Made by a program: the position numbers and the translations under genes
Shown here: one piece after another, positions 60,601-64,000 of the stretch
How positions within the stretch are numbered: the stretch's first letter is position 1
Layout: each line of letters begins with the position of its first letter
The notes under the pieces: generated by a model
What the model saw: the letters and a program-made list of their open reading frames with translations, nothing else
Told to the model about the DNA's origin: nothing
Database searches by the model: none
Source: Candidatus Poribacteria bacterium
Lineage (GTDB): Bacteria; Poribacteria; WGA-4E; PCPOR2b
Reading direction: 5' to 3'
Assembly: GCA_965208675.1 (NCBI GenBank)
Contig: OZ242351.1
Span: 2,912,001-2,976,000 of the forward strand
DNA length: 64,000 nt

Positions 60601-60907
60601 AGAAACGCTCACTATCGAGTTGGCCCGTCCATCCAACGATTAGTTCTCCGGATGGATCAAACAACTTTTGTTCTCGGTAGTTATAGACCTCCGATCCTTC
60701 CAGCAATTCCTTTCCAAAGAGATCGTAGAAGAATTGAGGTTCTTCCTCGAGTTGAAATCGGTCAGAAAACTTGGATTGTCCCTCAATGGAAGGGAGCAGG
60801 GGCTCTTGTGGTCCCAGTGATTGTGCCCCGCAACCATAGAACATTAAACAACTGAACAATCCAGCCGCAACAAACAACCAATCAAGCGAGGGTTTTGGTG
60901 TCTTCAT
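57620..60907 (-). CDS. Large (1095 aa) putative outer-membrane lipoprotein with Ca-binding-like acidic motifs
   Basis: AAGGAGG RBS; FYGC lipobox-like; alternating beta strands; C-terminal F (TFIRAMMGF); DRDQNGVLD, DLNNNGVID and poly-Asp. Confidence 0.65.
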   Translation of the reverse strand: MKTPKPSLDWLFVAAGLFSCLMFYGCGAQSLGPQEPLLPSIEGQSKFSDRFQLEEEPQFFYDLFGKELLEGSEVYNYREQKLFDPSGELIVGWTGQLDSERFSAQLDRTVLTEDTFRGRHAECAIGDNMRIKPSTLFPNRYIMYKTEFDGFRMDISFAHERHLFTLLNSRISNPAQLSDAVPTLAGTFGRRNGFSDDAGVRHIENARLLGFRAQGLLGDVFRAGFTYVNLQKQHPERVENPMLGSVANTPPERIAVVFRDDSPEDNHPSAFANLPEENIQGGVGAAVKTITVTIVTQGLEELTVDEREAGEVARQLPEEQQKFTVFSDEILPVGGSTVHETGDWKIVEGFDAMQYELNLEALDDPINPRQVKSVLFEIIAAGDYNISVVGFSGANVGDVSSDWIKTSDGHIEMPFRDVIQAPGNYGQSSDYTSNRANQFRNPNAWTGEGRARKVSYRYGAARAAVLYGVDLEGTLFNTLIRAHYSVNSKYKQYPTIPKDKVSFSQVNPDIDEPSNIAIDPSTGRVINTDTNLPTYSETEGERFEARLGGDGTDENGSGELGREVAWFINLKQRFGRLFLEETFYHIDPGYTTTYHNWGANTDRDQTYSLDRTPESAAEISPYDEINYILVEDDDDDDDWPDDIDFDGVLPQADDRDQNGVLDYEEDFLIFEADPPIFQDLVDLNNNGVIDSLEDDYEPQYEYGIDREGYHIAASYDLLDNLTLKVGWLNESEISSRRQNDSRYMHLTYQRDIPDFGTMLFQNRFVRVRDDIPEYSITLRPGELETTQESDELDFFNARANTSTLQFIYTAIPNLTLETKFLLVLQKQFEPDAEDAIALDIPFDESLEESDENTELDERVDLMVPVDQVRVAGDRREFPFYPDHGLNPLHPDAEQQRGLVYDPDQWKQRRYAERNIRNQTTVIKFKYEIPLGDLPGVDKIGEDLTLTPMAKYIWTKKFDRKGEEIGDVLNPRLFVPTDLAPVEYLRFNIRSREDVLGVRLDYQFSQRVNILAGFQYRKFTNRDNNFKNFLTNFPVDEPVPVLFRPDIRTRIFEIQMIKRGEWLGFNIVVLSGFRRTRIIFERTTTNTTFIRAMMGF

Positions 60908-61813
60908 TAAACATGCCTCCTTGAGCAAATAAAATTGTGTACTGGTCAATCGGTCAAATTGACGTTCTTGCCCACTAAATCTGCGGCAACAATCTATTCC
61001 ATCACATTGACCATTGACATATTGTTACATCACAGTGCAAACAAAATATCATTGAGTTCAACTCAACCTAGACTCATTTTTCGCGTCATGCGCTTGTGCT
61101 TCCTCGAATGAACACAACATCAATGTGGAAAAACCAACACTAAAGGATACGTAATAACGACATATATAGCCTTTGTTTGGTCGTTTTTGAGCGAAAGCCA
61201 AAAGTAAGGATAAAACCATAGTCCTTGAAAACGTTAGGACTACTATGTTGCAATTTTACCGGAAAAAATCACTATTCGCGATTTAATCCTATGTCGCCAA
61301 CAGCCTACAATACTGTCGTGCGGGAAATCATGACCTCCTTTCATCTAATCGCCTGCTCACTTACATAACCCCAAGAGTTGTTTCCTATCGCTATGAGTTA
61401 CCCGTTAAGCCGTATGAACGATGTCAATCAACACTTCAATTAACAGAGACTTTTTTTGCATGGTGCCTACTGATGCCCGTAACAAAGGATATTGAGTATT
61501 TCTAAACACCTGGATAGCCGGCACTATGGAGACAGGGCGTACAAAAATTGTGTGACGGAAGACTTTGACACACCGTCAATGTGGAATTGAAGCCTAAACA
61601 AGATAAGAATGTAATTACAAATATCGTGCTGCTGCCCTTCCTTGCCGCAGAGGGAATTTAATCAAAAGTAATCTCGGTCGTTTCGGCCAGCGGTATCCAA
61701 CCAATTCTGACTCTGAAGGTCGCTCACTGCGCTCACTGATTGGATGAATTGATTGTAACTTGCTTAACTCAGTGGAGATGGTTTTATCAGGCTCCGAAAA
61801 TAAGGCAGCCTTT

Positions 61814-61842
61814 AAGATAACACTTCTACAATTTTCTGTCAA
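61814..61842 (-). promoter_or_regulatory. Candidate sigma70 promoter about 900 nt upstream of the large gene
   Basis: TTGACA-N17-TATCTT on the minus strand. Confidence 0.45.
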
Positions 61843-62071
61843 GACTTTTTTGCACACTTTTAACCTGACCCATCCCGCCGCATATCAATACGTAATTCTT
61901 TGCACGCTTTTACTTATGATTCTGTTAATGTCTATGGTCGGTATTTGGTATTTTACTCTACTACAGGACATTAACTCGTACATTCCTTGGGTAATAACTC
62001 GGATTCTCAATCCTGATTAAAAAAATCTTACAAAGTTGCTCTCCCTTCGCACTCACTTCTAATGACACAAT

Positions 62072-64000
62072 CTAAGTGGTAATAAATCCCAAAAGCTGAA
62101 CTTGGGTATGCACTATCCGGTTCTGAGATGTACGGAGCGTTTCCCGGTGGGTTTGGTCAAGGTCAACTATCAATATAATACCGTCCGAATGAACACCCAA
62201 GACAAGGCTATCAGATGTTGGTAAAATTGGCGGGGCATCAAGTAAGATGAGTTCGTAGCGTTCGCGAAGTTGTTCAGTGAGGACGTTTAAACGTGGCAGC
62301 CGCAAGAAATCAGTGGGATTTGATGACAACAATCTCGCGGGTAACAGGTCGAGGTTTGGAATATGCGTGCGTTGAATCACGCGGTTCCAATCCATTTCGT
62401 CGTTTTCAAGCGTGTTTATCGGGATGGCATTGAGTTGAATATCGAAAATCCTATGCTGTTTGGGCTGCGGCAAGTTGCAATCAACAACTAAAACCGAGTT
62501 TTTCGTTGATGCCATCGCCGCTCCCAAGTTCGCCGTTACAGCCGAAACATCTTCGCAGAAATCACAGCTCGTCAGCATGAGAATCTGTTTATCAATTTCA
62601 GGATTGGTGAGATTCAAATTTGCCGCAATGGTTCGGTAGCAATCAGAAATAGTTTCAGAAAATGGATTCTGTTCTTGGGGTTCAGCATCACCTAAGTGAA
62701 ATATGCCGAGATCGGACTGAATCTCTTCAGGGCGTCGGTAGTTGTCACTGAAATATTCTCTCAACAGGGTAATTGAAATACCAACAGCACAGCCAATTCC
62801 TCCAGCGATGATAACAATGAAACCTATGCGGGGACGAACCGGAATTTTTCGAGGAACTGCTGCATCAACGACTTCAATTCCTCCCTTAACCCGATCGTCC
62901 AAGTTAGCAGATTCGGCTTCCGCCACCAGAATTTCTGATTCCAGATGCTGTTTGGTTATCTCCTTTTTCAATTCATACAGCGCATTAATCTCGGTTTTCA
63001 TTGTTGAAAGATTAAATTCGTTTTCAGGAATTTCATCTACCAGTTGTGAAAACTCTAGGTTTACCTTGTCTAATTGCAAATTAATCTGATTCAGATTATG
63101 GTCGGCTTGCCGTAGACTCGTCTCAAGACCCATTATCTCGGTTCGCAAACTGATATACTGCGGTACTTTTCCATAGTTTTCAGATGTCTTTTTCAAGTCT
63201 GTTTCAAAGTTGTTTAATTTATCTTGAAGATCTCGAATTTCTGCATCCGTCGCCCGAAGTTCCGAAGATTTTTCGCCCACCAGTTCACGACGCCCAATTC
63301 GATATTGTTGTAAAGACATTAATCTTTCATGAAAATTTCGCCAGATTGGGTCGTTCCTAATAATTTCTGAAGTTCTGATTTCTTCAGGATAATCAGAAAT
63401 CTCTTTTTCAAGCCGATCAAATTCTAACTGTGTTACCCTCCTCGTGCGCTCAAGTTGAGCCTCTTGATCGAGCAATCTGACCTGCCGGTCAAGCACGCTA
63501 GTAAGTTGAGCGTTCCACGTTACTCGACTACCCATTTTGTTGATGAATTCAACCGTCTCATCTTCTTTTCCCTTAATTTTTTCAGAAAGATTCGCAATCT
63601 CATCTTTTAGAAGTTTCCGGCGGTTCCTGGCTTTGCTTGTTTCATCGCCCCTGCGCAAGCCCTGATACTCGCGAATCAATTGGTTTACTAACAACGCGGA
63701 ATTACGTTCGCCTCCTTCCGCTTCCGTTAAATCTAGCGAAAGTTCAATGTATTGCGTATCTGGACGTTTCCTCGCTTTTAAATTCCGCTGCAAATGTCCA
63801 ATTGCAGGAAGATAGATCGCCCCTTTGATGCCGGCAGTTTCTAAGCTTTGAATAGCCGAAGTTAACATGGATTCTGTAGCAAAACGTTGACCGATTGTTT
63901 CCATTTCACCGAGGTCAACGCCGCCGGGCAGAACACTTTGAAAAACACCAGAGGAGGGGATAGGGGAGCTGGACGTTGGTTGGATATGGATTAGCGCGGT
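62072..64000 (-). CDS. Wzc/GumC-like polysaccharide co-polymerase with degenerate BY-kinase domain (5' truncated)
   Basis: Long coiled coil, VVDAAVPRKIPVRP plus TM helix, ANLGAAMA, VLVVDC, LILLDAPP. Confidence 0.85.
   Translation of the reverse strand, partial: TALIHIQPTSSSPIPSSGVFQSVLPGGVDLGEMETIGQRFATESMLTSAIQSLETAGIKGAIYLPAIGHLQRNLKARKRPDTQYIELSLDLTEAEGGERNSALLVNQLIREYQGLRRGDETSKARNRRKLLKDEIANLSEKIKGKEDETVEFINKMGSRVTWNAQLTSVLDRQVRLLDQEAQLERTRRVTQLEFDRLEKEISDYPEEIRTSEIIRNDPIWRNFHERLMSLQQYRIGRRELVGEKSSELRATDAEIRDLQDKLNNFETDLKKTSENYGKVPQYISLRTEIMGLETSLRQADHNLNQINLQLDKVNLEFSQLVDEIPENEFNLSTMKTEINALYELKKEITKQHLESEILVAEAESANLDDRVKGGIEVVDAAVPRKIPVRPRIGFIVIIAGGIGCAVGISITLLREYFSDNYRRPEEIQSDLGIFHLGDAEPQEQNPFSETISDCYRTIAANLNLTNPEIDKQILMLTSCDFCEDVSAVTANLGAAMASTKNSVLVVDCNLPQPKQHRIFDIQLNAIPINTLENDEMDWNRVIQRTHIPNLDLLPARLLSSNPTDFLRLPRLNVLTEQLRERYELILLDAPPILPTSDSLVLGVHSDGIILIVDLDQTHRETLRTSQNRIVHTQVQLLGFITT

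Noticed and set aside
1-64000. CRISPR array
   Set aside because: No regularly spaced direct repeats with unique spacers and no cas genes; the repeats are dispersed palindromes

Overview
Bacterial chromosomal window, most likely Candidatus Poribacteria or a relative (inferred from two secreted proteins with a 'V-N-P-x-x-K/H-x-x-T-T/M-W-x-x-L-K' C-terminal tail and abundant sugar-acid catabolism genes). It holds about 52 CDS: sugar/acid catabolism (enolase-superfamily enzymes, SDRs, cupins, Gfo/Idh/MocA, transaldolase), dispersed his genes, nadB, tsaB, an Fe3+ ABC transporter with divergent bfr, an ECF sigma/FHA/TPR-peptidase operon, an exbB-exbD-exbD cluster behind a 1095-aa putative outer-membrane lipoprotein, tRNA-Leu(CAG), a defective IS3-family element inside a pseudogene, and several REP/MITE families. 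Top observation: the ORFs 25458..26282 and 24633..25409 are one reading frame split by a single in-frame TGA. The TGA is followed by a hairpin with the apical sequence GCAGGTCTG of the E. coli fdhF SECIS, and the gene lies behind a sigma54-type promoter. This is a candidate new selenoprotein joining a TonB-like SxxxH membrane anchor to a DUF4159-like domain. Other highlights: a candidate Fur-controlled RNA converging on bfr, three apparent pseudoenzymes (HtrA, AAA+, Wzc-like kinase) and an unannotated decayed exbD duplicate. All family assignments come from motif recognition by eye; no database searches were run.
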